From: an uncultured Alphaproteobacteria bacterium
Lineage (GTDB): Bacteria > Pseudomonadota > Alphaproteobacteria > HIMB59 > GCA-002718135
DNA: 64,000 bases
NCBI GenBank assembly: GCA_902615845.1
Contig: CACMQS010000010.1
Span: 682-64,681, forward strand
Direction: 5' to 3'
The position numbers and the translations under genes were made by a program. How positions within the stretch are numbered: the first letter of the stretch is position 1; every line of letters begins with the position of its first letter. Shown in pieces: positions 20,900-30,675 of the stretch. The notes under the pieces are model-generated. The model was not told where the DNA came from and made no database searches. It saw only the letters and a list, made by a program, of their open reading frames with translations.

Positions 20900-21037
20900 T
20901 TATTTACGAGAAGAAACGGCTAATAGTAGCGGCACAATCATAACTAAGGTTGTTAAGACTGACGGATTAAATAGCCAATAAAGAACGCCTAGAGAAAATA
21001 TTAACATCCAGAATTCATTTTTATATAAAAATTTCAT
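20900..21037 (-). CDS. Putative 45-aa hydrophobic small protein
   Basis: Manual translation: MKFLYKNEFWMLIFSLGVLYWLFNPSVLTTLVMIVPLLLAVSSRK. Fills the gap directly downstream of mtkB on the same strand. Confidence 0.55.
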   Translation of the reverse strand: MKFLYKNEFWMLIFSLGVLYWLFNPSVLTTLVMIVPLLLAVSSRK

Positions 21038-21052
21038 TATTTTTTAATTATA

Positions 21053-21949
21053 TTAATTCAAATTATTTTCTACTAATACTTTTTTCACAGTCTCACCCAT
21101 TACAGAAGGATTTTTGGAAATTGTAACTCCACACTCTTTAAGAAGCTCTACTTTTTCTATTGCACTTTCACCATAAGCAGAAACAATTGCGCCAGCATGC
21201 CCCATCACACGACCTTTGGGTGCAGTTAGTCCTGCTATATACGCAATTACTGGTTTACTCATATTTTTTTTAGCAAATTGTCCAGCTTCAACTTCTTGTG
21301 GTCCACCTATTTCACCTATCATTAAAACTGCAATAGTTTCATCATCATTTTCAAACTTTTCAATTATATCTCTAAAAGAACTTCCATTTATTGGATCGCC
21401 TCCTATACCTACACTTGTTGAAACACCAATTTCCAAATCTTTAAGTTGTTGTGCAGCTTCATATCCCAAAGTGCCAGATCTGCTAACTATTCCTATTTTG
21501 CCTTCTTTGTAAATATGACCAGGCATTATACCTAACATAGATTTACCAGGGCTAATTATTCCTGCACAATTCGGACCTACTAATCCCATTTTTTTATCTT
21601 TTGGATATCTCCTCATATATCTTTTTATTTTAACCATATCATGAGAAGGAATACCGTCCGTAATAGCCACACATGTTTTAATACCTGCATCAGCAGCTTC
21701 CATTGCTGAGTCTGCTGCAAAGGCTGGTGGGACAAATAAAATTGATGTTGATGCTCCTGTTTGATCTACAGCTTCTTTAACAGTATTAAAAACAGGAAGA
21801 TTTAAATGAGTCATACCACCCTTACCAGGTGTTACCCCACCAACAACGTTAGAACCATACTTAATCATTTCTTCAGCATGAAAACTTCCAATTTTTCCAG
21901 TGAAACCTTGGACTAAAATCTTTGTATTTTTGTGTATGATTATAGACAT
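21053..21949 (-). CDS. mtkB: Malate--CoA ligase (malate thiokinase) alpha subunit, SucD-like
   Basis: GVTPGKGG, GPNCAGIISPGKSMLGIMPG, GHAGA phospho-His. The KRYMRRYPK insert and mcl context favour Mtk over SucD. Confidence 0.82.
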   Translation of the reverse strand: MSIIIHKNTKILVQGFTGKIGSFHAEEMIKYGSNVVGGVTPGKGGMTHLNLPVFNTVKEAVDQTGASTSILFVPPAFAADSAMEAADAGIKTCVAITDGIPSHDMVKIKRYMRRYPKDKKMGLVGPNCAGIISPGKSMLGIMPGHIYKEGKIGIVSRSGTLGYEAAQQLKDLEIGVSTSVGIGGDPINGSSFRDIIEKFENDDETIAVLMIGEIGGPQEVEAGQFAKKNMSKPVIAYIAGLTAPKGRVMGHAGAIVSAYGESAIEKVELLKECGVTISKNPSVMGETVKKVLVENNLN

Positions 21950-21951
21950 GA

Positions 21952-23112
21952 TTATCCAAGAGCCTTTACTGCTTTATTTGCTGCATCTTCTAAAGTTGAT
22001 GCTTCAATGTAATTAATATTGCTTTTTTTAAGAATTTCATTTCCCTTTTCGACATTAGTTCCAGCTAAACGTATAACTAACGGATGTTTAATTTCAATTT
22101 TTGATAAAGCTTGAACAATTCCTTCTGCAACCCAATCGCATCTATTAATACCTGCAAAGATATTAACTAATATAACCTTAACTTTTGTGTCCATAGAGAT
22201 TAATTTAAAAGCTTTAACTATTTTTTCAGGTGTTGCACCTCCACCAACATCTAAAAAATTGGCAGGTTCGCCACCAGCAAGTTTTATCATATCCATTGAA
22301 GCCATTGCTAAGCCTGCACCATTAATAATATTACCAATATTCCCATCTAAGCTTACATAATTCATTCCTCTGTCAGAAGCATAAACTTCATTTGAATTTT
22401 CTTGTGTCTTATCTCTAAGTTCTGCAATTTCATCTCTTCTAAACATTGCATTATTATCAAAGCTCATTTTACAATCTAATGCTAATATTTCATCTTTGTG
22501 TGATACAACTAATGGGTTAACTTCAACCATTGTCGCATCAAGCTCACTAAAAGCTTTATAACAACCTATAATTGTATTTGCAGCTCTTGAGATCAATTTG
22601 GATTCAATTCCTAGACCAAAAGCAATTTCTCTTGCTTGAAATTGTTGAATACCAACTGCTACTTCTATTTTTGATCGTATAATTGTTTCAGGTTTTTCTT
22701 TTGAAATTTCTTCAACACTCATTCCACCTTCTGTTGAAGCTACAACCATTATACTTTCTGAAGATCTATCAAACACTAAACCTAAATATAATTCGTGTTT
22801 GATATCAGTTGCTTCTTCAATATAAATTCTATTTATTATCTTACCTTCTGGACCAGTTTGATTTGTAATTAATTTTTTACCTAACAATTTATCAGTTGCA
22901 TCAGCAACTTCTAACGGAGAATTACATATTATAATTCCTCCCGCTTTACCTCTAGCACCTGAGTGAACTTGCGCTTTTACAACCCATTTTGAACCACCAA
23001 TTTCTCTTGCTTTGTTTTCTGCATTTTCTGGACTATAAACAATACCACCAGTCGGAATTTTAACACCAAAATCAGACAATATTTTTTTTGCTTGATATTC
23101 GTGTATATCCAT
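21952..23112 (-). CDS. mtkA: Malate--CoA ligase beta subunit, SucC-like
   Basis: MDIHEYQAK, GARGKAGG, and NIFAGINRCDW (Mtk-like; SucC has GGIxRCD). Confidence 0.82.
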   Translation of the reverse strand: MDIHEYQAKKILSDFGVKIPTGGIVYSPENAENKAREIGGSKWVVKAQVHSGARGKAGGIIICNSPLEVADATDKLLGKKLITNQTGPEGKIINRIYIEEATDIKHELYLGLVFDRSSESIMVVASTEGGMSVEEISKEKPETIIRSKIEVAVGIQQFQAREIAFGLGIESKLISRAANTIIGCYKAFSELDATMVEVNPLVVSHKDEILALDCKMSFDNNAMFRRDEIAELRDKTQENSNEVYASDRGMNYVSLDGNIGNIINGAGLAMASMDMIKLAGGEPANFLDVGGGATPEKIVKAFKLISMDTKVKVILVNIFAGINRCDWVAEGIVQALSKIEIKHPLVIRLAGTNVEKGNEILKKSNINYIEASTLEDAANKAVKALG

Positions 23113-24050
23113 TACTTGCTCTCAATTAATTTATTTATATTTACAATATTTTCAGCCATTCTAGCAGATGCAGCGTCGATCATTCTTCCATCAAGCTGAG
23201 CAGCACCCTTTCCTTCAGCAGCTGCTTTTTCTAATTCTAATAATATTTTTTTTGCTTTATCTATTTCTTCTTTGGGTGGAGAAAAAACTTCATTGGCTAA
23301 ATCTATTTGCGATGGATGTATTGCCCATTTACCCTCAAAACCAATTGCTGCAGCTCTTTTTGCAGCATCTAGATATCCTTTTTTATCATTAAAATCACCA
23401 AAAGGTCCGTCTATTGCTCTTAAGCCATATGATCTACAGGTCATTACTAGAGTTGATAAGCCATGATGCCATTGATCACCAGGGTAATCAGGATTTAAAC
23501 CTCCTATGACAACAGTTCTTGCTCGCATACTTGCAGCATAATCTGCAACTCCAAAATGTAATGCTTCTAGTCTTGAACTTGATTTTGCAATTGATTGAAT
23601 ATTAGACATTCCTAGTGCTGTTTCAATTAAACATTCTAAACCTATTCTATTTTCAAATTTTTTATTTTGCTCAATTTGATTAAGCATACAATCAACCATA
23701 TATACATCAGATGATGAGCCTACTTTTGGAATTAATAATGTATCAACCCTATCACCTACCTCTTCTATAATTTCAATCACATCACGATACATATAGTGTG
23801 TATCCAAACCGTTAATTCTTATAGAGATTGTTTTACCTTCTTCTTTCCAGTTATATTCTTTTATTGCATTAATAACATTTCTTCTTGCATCAATTTTATC
23901 ATTTGGAGATACTGCATCTTCTAGGTCTAAGAAAATATAATCGGCATTTGATTTTAATGCTTTTTCAAACATCTTTGGATTAGAGCCAGGAACTGCCAAT
24001 TCACTTCTGTGTAATCTAGATTTAGCAGGTTTATAAAATAAATGGCTCAT
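23112..24050 (-). CDS. mcl: Malyl-CoA/beta-methylmalyl-CoA lyase (CitE/HpcH fold)
   Basis: RLHRSELAVPGSN, FLDLEDAV, RINGLDTHYMYRD and GKWAIHPSQ motifs as in Methylobacterium-type Mcl. Confidence 0.88.
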   Translation of the reverse strand: MSHLFYKPAKSRLHRSELAVPGSNPKMFEKALKSNADYIFLDLEDAVSPNDKIDARRNVINAIKEYNWKEEGKTISIRINGLDTHYMYRDVIEIIEEVGDRVDTLLIPKVGSSSDVYMVDCMLNQIEQNKKFENRIGLECLIETALGMSNIQSIAKSSSRLEALHFGVADYAASMRARTVVIGGLNPDYPGDQWHHGLSTLVMTCRSYGLRAIDGPFGDFNDKKGYLDAAKRAAAIGFEGKWAIHPSQIDLANEVFSPPKEEIDKAKKILLELEKAAAEGKGAAQLDGRMIDAASARMAENIVNINKLIESK

Positions 24051-24107
24051 TTAAAAAAAAATTATATATTTGATTAATATTATAAAAGCGATAAAAAAAT
24101 ATAAATA

Positions 24108-24764
24108 TTATAAAGATATTTCCTTAAGGCAATTTTCATCATTATTTTTTGGATTATTTACAATTTTTGATACTGGATAAAAGTCTAAATCATCCTCGAT
24201 AATACTTTTGTTTTTATGTAAGAATTCATTTTCATTATCATTAAGAAAATCAAGACCCTCATTATGAGACATAATAAGAGGCATTCTATTATGTATATGG
24301 GAAAGGTTTTCATTTGCTTCCTTAGTAATGATACAGACAACATTCATTTTTTTATTATCTCTTATTTCTTCCCTCCAAATTCCACCAAAAAACAATAATT
24401 CATTTCTAGGAATTGATATTAAATATGGTTGTTTTTGATTATTTATATTTTTCCATTCATAGTATCCATTTGCAATAATAAGACATTTTCTTTTAGTAAA
24501 TGATTCTTTGAATAAATATTTATCATTAATCGTTTCAATTCTTGCATTAATAACAAATTGAGTAACATTATTTTGTTTACTAAAAAAACTATAACTCCAA
24601 ATAAAAGTATCTATTAAAAGTTTATGATTCTTTTCATAAATAATATTAACAATATTAGACGGTGATATATTGTAAGACTTATGTGAGTAATTTAAAACTT
24701 CAGAGTTAGGGAAAAGTTTTATAATTTTTTCTTTATCTTCAGTACTTGTAAATCTTCCGCACAC
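24108..24764 (-). CDS. SRAP (YedK/HMCES) abasic-site protection protein
   Basis: N-terminal MCGRF, INARIET, GYYEW and IHNRMP motifs. Confidence 0.93.
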   Translation of the reverse strand: MCGRFTSTEDKEKIIKLFPNSEVLNYSHKSYNISPSNIVNIIYEKNHKLLIDTFIWSYSFFSKQNNVTQFVINARIETINDKYLFKESFTKRKCLIIANGYYEWKNINNQKQPYLISIPRNELLFFGGIWREEIRDNKKMNVVCIITKEANENLSHIHNRMPLIMSHNEGLDFLNDNENEFLHKNKSIIEDDLDFYPVSKIVNNPKNNDENCLKEISL

Positions 24765-25222
24765 TATGATGCTTGCGATAAAGGCATTGGTCTAGAAACA
24801 CCTACGGTCATCCAACAATCTTTAAACTCACCGTTTTGCTCTACTTTTTCTACTGTCCATTCGAAACCAAATTTTTTTCCATTACTATCTGTAAGCTCTA
24901 CAAAGTAATATGAACTTTTTTCTTGTTCCTGAACTGGAATTATATTGTGTTCTAAGTGATCAATCATCATTGAGTAGGATGGATTTTTAATCATCCTAAC
25001 AAAATTGTCTAGAGGGCCTGTGTACATTCTATTATTTGGATGTGCAAATTCCCAAGTTTGTTCAATACCAGCATCGTCAAAAGGTGAATTATTTTTTTGT
25101 AGTGCTTTTAATTGAATTAAAATAACTTCTTTAGGACCAATTGAAGGGTCTGGTTTTATCATTTCTCCATAAACACTTTTTGATAATAAAATAAACAAAC
25201 TAAACAATATAATTTTGTGCAT
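24764..25222 (-). CDS. Exported conserved hypothetical protein (DUF4864-like)
   Basis: Signal peptide, QLKALQ, FAHP, FVRMIK and CWMT motifs. Confidence 0.6.
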   Translation of the reverse strand: MHKIILFSLFILLSKSVYGEMIKPDPSIGPKEVILIQLKALQKNNSPFDDAGIEQTWEFAHPNNRMYTGPLDNFVRMIKNPSYSMMIDHLEHNIIPVQEQEKSSYYFVELTDSNGKKFGFEWTVEKVEQNGEFKDCWMTVGVSRPMPLSQAS

Positions 25223-25257
25223 GATTTTAAAATAGTGTAATTATAATTTAAGGCAAT

Positions 25258-25857
25258 ATGTATATTTATGATTTTATCCAAGGATTAATAATTGGAGGAA
25301 CATTAATTATAGCCATAGGACCGCAAAATTTATTTGTAATTCAACAAGGGCTTAAAAAATCTTATGTTTTTACAGTTACTTTATTTTGCAGTCTATCTGA
25401 CAGTTTACTAATTGTAATTGGAATATATCTATCTAATTATATTGTTCAAATTAATCCAAGTATCATAGGAACAATAAAAGTATTAGGTGGAATTTGGCTT
25501 ATATTTTATGGATTAAATAAAGTTATAAAATTAAATCAAATTAAAGATATAAATAAAGAATTAAATATAATTAACGAATACGGAAAAATATTAATTACCT
25601 TATTCCTTATTACATACGCAAATCCTCATGTTTATCTAGATACAATTATTTTGCTAGGATCATTATCAACAAATTTTAATGATCAATTTTCATTTGGCGT
25701 TGGAGCAATTTCAGCTAGTTTTTTGTTTTTCTTTTCTTTGGGATATATGTCAAAGTTTTTATCAAAATATATTTATTCAAATAAAACTTGGTTTTGGATT
25801 GATCTAACCATTGGTCTGCTAATGATTAGTTATGGAATATATTTTATAATTTTTTAA
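25258..25857 (+). CDS. LysE/ArgO family amino-acid exporter
   Basis: IIAIGPQNLFVIQQGL and NPHVYLDT motifs. Confidence 0.9.
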   Translation: MYIYDFIQGLIIGGTLIIAIGPQNLFVIQQGLKKSYVFTVTLFCSLSDSLLIVIGIYLSNYIVQINPSIIGTIKVLGGIWLIFYGLNKVIKLNQIKDINKELNIINEYGKILITLFLITYANPHVYLDTIILLGSLSTNFNDQFSFGVGAISASFLFFFSLGYMSKFLSKYIYSNKTWFWIDLTIGLLMISYGIYFIIF

Positions 25858-28800
25858 AGAAAGTTTCTAAGTTTTTACATACCTGATCAACATTTAATTT
25901 TGTAAATACAAGAGGTGGTTTTATTTTAATAACATTGTCATAAGGTCCATCAGTGCTCAATAAAATACCTTGATTTCTCATATAATTAATAAGCAGTTTA
26001 GCTAATTTTTTATTTGGTTTAGACACATTACTATTCTGAATAATATCTATTCCTAAAAAAAGCCCCCTACCTCTAACTTCACTAATATATTTTTTATATT
26101 TAAGTTGGATTTTTTTTAATTCTTTTAAAAAATAATTACCAACTAACAAAGCATTTTTTTGTAATTTATTATTATCAATAGTCTCTAATACTGCTTTACC
26201 GATAGCACAGGAAACAGGATTACCACCGAATGAGTTAAAATATTCCATCCCGTTATTAAAAGTTGAAGCAATTTTTTCTGTAGTTATAACAGCAGCTATA
26301 GGGTGACCATTGCCCATAGGTTTGCCCAAGGTTACTATATCAGGAACGACATCATGCTCTTCAAATGACCAAAAATGTCTTCCAACGCGTCCAAAACCAG
26401 TTTGTACCTCGTCAACAATACATAACGCATTGTTTCTTCTAATTTCTGAAAATATTTCTTTTAAATAATTTTTTGGAAGAATTACTTGACCGCCGCAACC
26501 AAGTATACTTTCAGTAAAAAAACATGCAATATTGGTTTCTTTAATTTTATTTCTAATTACCGTTTTAGCTTCATCTATATATTTTTGAATCCAATTTGAA
26601 TTTTGATATCTCCACTTACCTCTTAAGGGATCAGGCATGTCTAATACATTAACATAATCTTTTTTACCCAAACCACCCTTACTATTAAATTTATATGGAC
26701 TTAGATCAATTAAGGCATTGGTATGCCCATGATAAGCATTGTCCATCACAAAGACATCTTTTGCACTAGTATAAGTTTGGGCTATTCTATAAGCTAAATC
26801 ATTAGCTTCAGATCCTGTACATACGAAAAATATCTTATTTAATTTCTTTGGAAACTTACTTAAAAGTAATTCACTATAATCGTTAATTGTATCGTATAGA
26901 TATCTCGTATTAGTATTAAGTTTTAAATTTTGCTGAGTCATAGCTTCATGGACATAGGAATTTGAATGTCCAACATGGGAAATATTATTTACACAATCCA
27001 AGTATCTCCTGCCATATCTATCAAAAAAATACTGATCTTTAGCTTCAAGCATATGAAGAGGTTTTTTGTAAGAAATTGATAAATTATCAGAAATATTTTT
27101 TCTTCTTTTCTTTAAAGTATCTTTAAAATTATTATTATTATTAGAAAAAAAAGATTTTGGAATTCGTAGAATTAAATTTGGATCAGGTGAAATTTTATTC
27201 CAAATATTGAATAAAAATTCTTCACCTACTCCTGGAAAATTCTTATCATGTCCTAATAAATCTAAAATAATTTGAAAATGTAAATGTGGTAACCATTTTC
27301 CATTTTCATTAGAATTACCAATTTTACCAATCCATTCACCTTTCTTAATTTTTTTTCCAATTTTTAGTTTTTGAAACATTATTTTAGATAAATGACCGTA
27401 TAAAGTATAAAATTTATATTTTTTAAAACTATGTTCTAAAACTAGAGTGGGGCCATAGTCATATTTAAAATTATTATTTTTTAAAATTATAATTTTACCA
27501 TCTATTGGAGCAAATAAATCTGTTCCCTGATCAATAAAAATATCAATTCCTAAGTGAATATTACGTCTTTCATTCGTATTTAATTCAGAAATAAAGTTAG
27601 GTCCCTTATAAACTTTTCTTTTTTCATTGTATAAACCTATACCTATACGAGAATTATCTTTTTTAAATATTTTATTAACTCTTTTCTTAAGTGAACTATT
27701 ATCTGGTTTACCTTTAAATAAAGGTGAGTCAGAACTTAATTTTAAGATAGATTTATTTTTATCAAGTAAATTAAATTTAAAAATATTACCAAAGTTGAAT
27801 TTATTTATATAATTTATAATTTCTTTATGATGGTGAATAATATCAAAGCCGCATATTTCGCGAACAATATATATTAAAAAATTGATAGGAATTTTGTCTA
27901 ATTTTTCTAATAAAGACCATGCATCTTTCTCACTAATGCTTAAATATTGATTTGATGGATATTTGATTCTTTGTTTTTTTGCCATTACAATAGTAATCAT
28001 AAGTCTTGACTTACATAGTGATATTAATGAATTAATTTCATCCTCATTAATAGAAAACTGTTTATTGTACTCTGTTATTATATTTTTAAGTGTAAGATAA
28101 ATATTATCATTGTTCATTAATGCATATGAAAGGCATATAGCTAAATCATTTATTGTTGGAGAATAAATAGAATCTCCATAATCTAGTAAACCACAAACAT
28201 TGTTTTCTTTAATAACAATATTATAATTATTTGGATCTGAATGAGTTATTGAATATCTTAATTTATTTAAATTATTTTTTACAAATTTTTCATATTCTAA
28301 AAAACATTTTAATAAAATTAATTTTTTTGAACCAGTAAAAATATTAATGTCTTTTTTAATCCATTTTATATTTGATGGGTCCCAAATAAAATTTCTATGT
28401 GCATCTATATCGTTAAATGCTTTCAACTTAGTTGATACTTTTCCAAGTAACTTACCTAAAGAATTTTCAATTTTATCGTTACTTTTTGTATCTCCATACA
28501 TGCGCCCTTCAATATAAGATAAGACCCTAACAAAGCATTCTCTATTTTTTTTATCTAAATATTTTACAATCTTTGTATGGTGTATTTTTGGTATAAAAGA
28601 TTTAAGACTTAGATCACTTCGTAAATAATTAATTAATCTATCTTGGTATTTTAATATATTTATTTTTTCTGATGGGTTTGAAATTTTTAATACATATTTT
28701 TTTTTATTATTTATGAATATAATAAAATTTATGTCCCTTTCACTATCAAGTTGTTTAATTTTGAGTAATTTATTTCTTAAGAAAGAAAAATTAATCTTTA

Positions 28801-28858
28801 ACCATTTAATTAAATGTTTATTATCAATAATAGGTGGATCAACATCAAAAACTGACAT
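25844..28858 (-). CDS. Tri-domain protein: APH/hydroxylysine-kinase-like + M23 peptidase + class III PLP phospho-lyase-like domain
   Basis: Kinase HSDPNNYN and LDYGD; M23 HLGID, LYGHL and PHLHF; PLP domain NNISHVGH, GSEANDLA, DEVQTGFGR and GKPMGNGHP. Start refined from 28897. Confidence 0.85.
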   Translation of the reverse strand: MSVFDVDPPIIDNKHLIKWLKINFSFLRNKLLKIKQLDSERDINFIIFINNKKKYVLKISNPSEKINILKYQDRLINYLRSDLSLKSFIPKIHHTKIVKYLDKKNRECFVRVLSYIEGRMYGDTKSNDKIENSLGKLLGKVSTKLKAFNDIDAHRNFIWDPSNIKWIKKDINIFTGSKKLILLKCFLEYEKFVKNNLNKLRYSITHSDPNNYNIVIKENNVCGLLDYGDSIYSPTINDLAICLSYALMNNDNIYLTLKNIITEYNKQFSINEDEINSLISLCKSRLMITIVMAKKQRIKYPSNQYLSISEKDAWSLLEKLDKIPINFLIYIVREICGFDIIHHHKEIINYINKFNFGNIFKFNLLDKNKSILKLSSDSPLFKGKPDNSSLKKRVNKIFKKDNSRIGIGLYNEKRKVYKGPNFISELNTNERRNIHLGIDIFIDQGTDLFAPIDGKIIILKNNNFKYDYGPTLVLEHSFKKYKFYTLYGHLSKIMFQKLKIGKKIKKGEWIGKIGNSNENGKWLPHLHFQIILDLLGHDKNFPGVGEEFLFNIWNKISPDPNLILRIPKSFFSNNNNNFKDTLKKRRKNISDNLSISYKKPLHMLEAKDQYFFDRYGRRYLDCVNNISHVGHSNSYVHEAMTQQNLKLNTNTRYLYDTINDYSELLLSKFPKKLNKIFFVCTGSEANDLAYRIAQTYTSAKDVFVMDNAYHGHTNALIDLSPYKFNSKGGLGKKDYVNVLDMPDPLRGKWRYQNSNWIQKYIDEAKTVIRNKIKETNIACFFTESILGCGGQVILPKNYLKEIFSEIRRNNALCIVDEVQTGFGRVGRHFWSFEEHDVVPDIVTLGKPMGNGHPIAAVITTEKIASTFNNGMEYFNSFGGNPVSCAIGKAVLETIDNNKLQKNALLVGNYFLKELKKIQLKYKKYISEVRGRGLFLGIDIIQNSNVSKPNKKLAKLLINYMRNQGILLSTDGPYDNVIKIKPPLVFTKLNVDQVCKNLETFFKKL

Positions 28859-28877
28859 AAAAGGTGTATAATTCATA

Positions 28878-29765
28878 ATGCTGAAATCTAAAAACATTTT
28901 TGTTTGTATTGGGGCAATTCATCACGATTATTTATTAAATCTTAAAAAAAATATTATTAATTTTAGATCTAATCAAATTACACAAAAAAGCAGAATTGGT
29001 GGAGTGGCGTACAATATTGCAGAATTGCTTTCGAATTTTGTAGATGTAAACTTTTATAGTTTAGCTATCAATGAAGAGATTAGAAAAAAAATCTCAAAAA
29101 AAATCTATGTTCATCAAGTGAATAAAAATTATACAGATAGATACTATTTAGCTTTATCAGATAAAAATAATAAATTTTTATTAGGATTAGCTAACACAGA
29201 TGAATATGAAAATAATAAATCTTTAAAAATACCAAACATCAAGAATAAAAATATAATATTTGATCTAAATTTTTCTAAAACCTATTTGGAAAAATCAATA
29301 AATAAACTATCAAAAAAAAATAAAATTATAGTTTGCGCAACATCAGTGCATAAAGTTATTAAAATAAGAAGGATTATAAATAAAGTTGATTTTATATTCT
29401 TAAATAAAGCAGAGTTACTTAAACTTACACATTCTTCAAATATAATATTAGGTGTAAAAAAAATATTAAAACAAAATAAAAAAATAAAAATAATTACTAC
29501 TAATTCAAAAAATAATGTAATCTTTGGAAGTAATGAATTTATAAAAAAAATAAAACCCCCATCAATCAAAGTAGTAAACGAAAATGGAGCTGGAGACGCA
29601 CTAGCAGCTATGATGCTGTATTTGTTCAGTATAAATGAAAAAATGAATTATATTTTGAAAACTTCTGTAGCATGCGGGTCTTATTATGCTAGTGGTAAAA
29701 GTCTAAAAACTAAGAGTGATTTTTTAAAAATTAAAAATCTTTCTAAGAGAGTAATTGTACAATAG
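28878..29765 (+). CDS. PfkB-family kinase, probable pseudouridine kinase (divergent)
   Basis: GGVAYNIA, NKAE and NENGAGDA motifs. Immediately upstream of psuG. Confidence 0.72.
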   Translation: MLKSKNIFVCIGAIHHDYLLNLKKNIINFRSNQITQKSRIGGVAYNIAELLSNFVDVNFYSLAINEEIRKKISKKIYVHQVNKNYTDRYYLALSDKNNKFLLGLANTDEYENNKSLKIPNIKNKNIIFDLNFSKTYLEKSINKLSKKNKIIVCATSVHKVIKIRRIINKVDFIFLNKAELLKLTHSSNIILGVKKILKQNKKIKIITTNSKNNVIFGSNEFIKKIKPPSIKVVNENGAGDALAAMMLYLFSINEKMNYILKTSVACGSYYASGKSLKTKSDFLKIKNLSKRVIVQ

Positions 29766-29766
29766 T

Positions 29767-30675
29767 ATGCATGAAATATTTGATATAAGTAAAAAAGTTC
29801 AAGAAGCAATAAATAGAAAAAAACCAATAGTAGCTTTAGAAAGTACATTGATTAGTCATGGATTACCCTATCCAGAAAATATTAAAGTCGCAAATGAGTC
29901 TATAAAGGCTGTTGAAGATAACGGTGCAATTGCTGCTACAATAGGAATAATTAAAGGTAAGGTTAAAATAGGATTATCGGAAGAAGATATTCAAATATTA
30001 GCAAAAGAGAAAAATGTACAAAAAGTTTCAAACCACAATATAAATTTATCAATATTTAATAAAGAAAATGCTGCTACAACAGTAGCAAGTACAATTTCTA
30101 TAGCTTCTAAATTTCAAATAAGATTTTTTGCAACAGGAGGAATTGGTGGTGTGCATCTAAATGCTGAAAATACCAATGATGTATCTGCAGATCTATATGC
30201 ACTTTCTGTAAATTCAAATTTTGTAATCTGTAGTGGTGCTAAATCTATATTAGATTTAAGTAAAACACATGAACTTCTTGAAACTTTAGGAATCACAAGA
30301 ATTGGTTATCAAACAAATTATATGCCTGGTTTTTGGTATGAAGAAACAGAAAATAAAATCGATAATAAATTTGATGAAATTCATGAAATTTCTTCTTTTT
30401 TAAAACTCAATGAAAATATGGAAAATAAAAAATCAATTCTCATATTTAATAAAGTTCCATTAGAAAAAGCACTTAATAAAAATGACGTAGAAAAATGGAT
30501 AAATAATGCAACAATAAAAGCTGATAGAAATAATATTAGTGGAAAAGAATTAACCCCGTTTCTTATTAAAGAAATTAACGAACAATCAAAAAATGAAACT
30601 CTAAATGCTAATGTATCTTTAATAATTAATAATGCGAATTTAGCTGGAAAGATTGCAAAGAGTTTTTATAGTTAA
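29767..30675 (+). CDS. psuG: Pseudouridine-5'-phosphate glycosidase
   Basis: VALESTLISHGLPYP, ATTVAST, TGGIGGVH, DVSADL, GAKSILD and GKELTPFL motifs. Confidence 0.95.
   Translation: MHEIFDISKKVQEAINRKKPIVALESTLISHGLPYPENIKVANESIKAVEDNGAIAATIGIIKGKVKIGLSEEDIQILAKEKNVQKVSNHNINLSIFNKENAATTVASTISIASKFQIRFFATGGIGGVHLNAENTNDVSADLYALSVNSNFVICSGAKSILDLSKTHELLETLGITRIGYQTNYMPGFWYEETENKIDNKFDEIHEISSFLKLNENMENKKSILIFNKVPLEKALNKNDVEKWINNATIKADRNNISGKELTPFLIKEINEQSKNETLNANVSLIINNANLAGKIAKSFYS

Noticed and set aside
21053-23112. Annotation as succinyl-CoA synthetase sucCD
   Set aside because: AGINRCDW and KRYMRRY motifs plus coupling to mcl favour malate thiokinase, though this is unproven without phylogeny.
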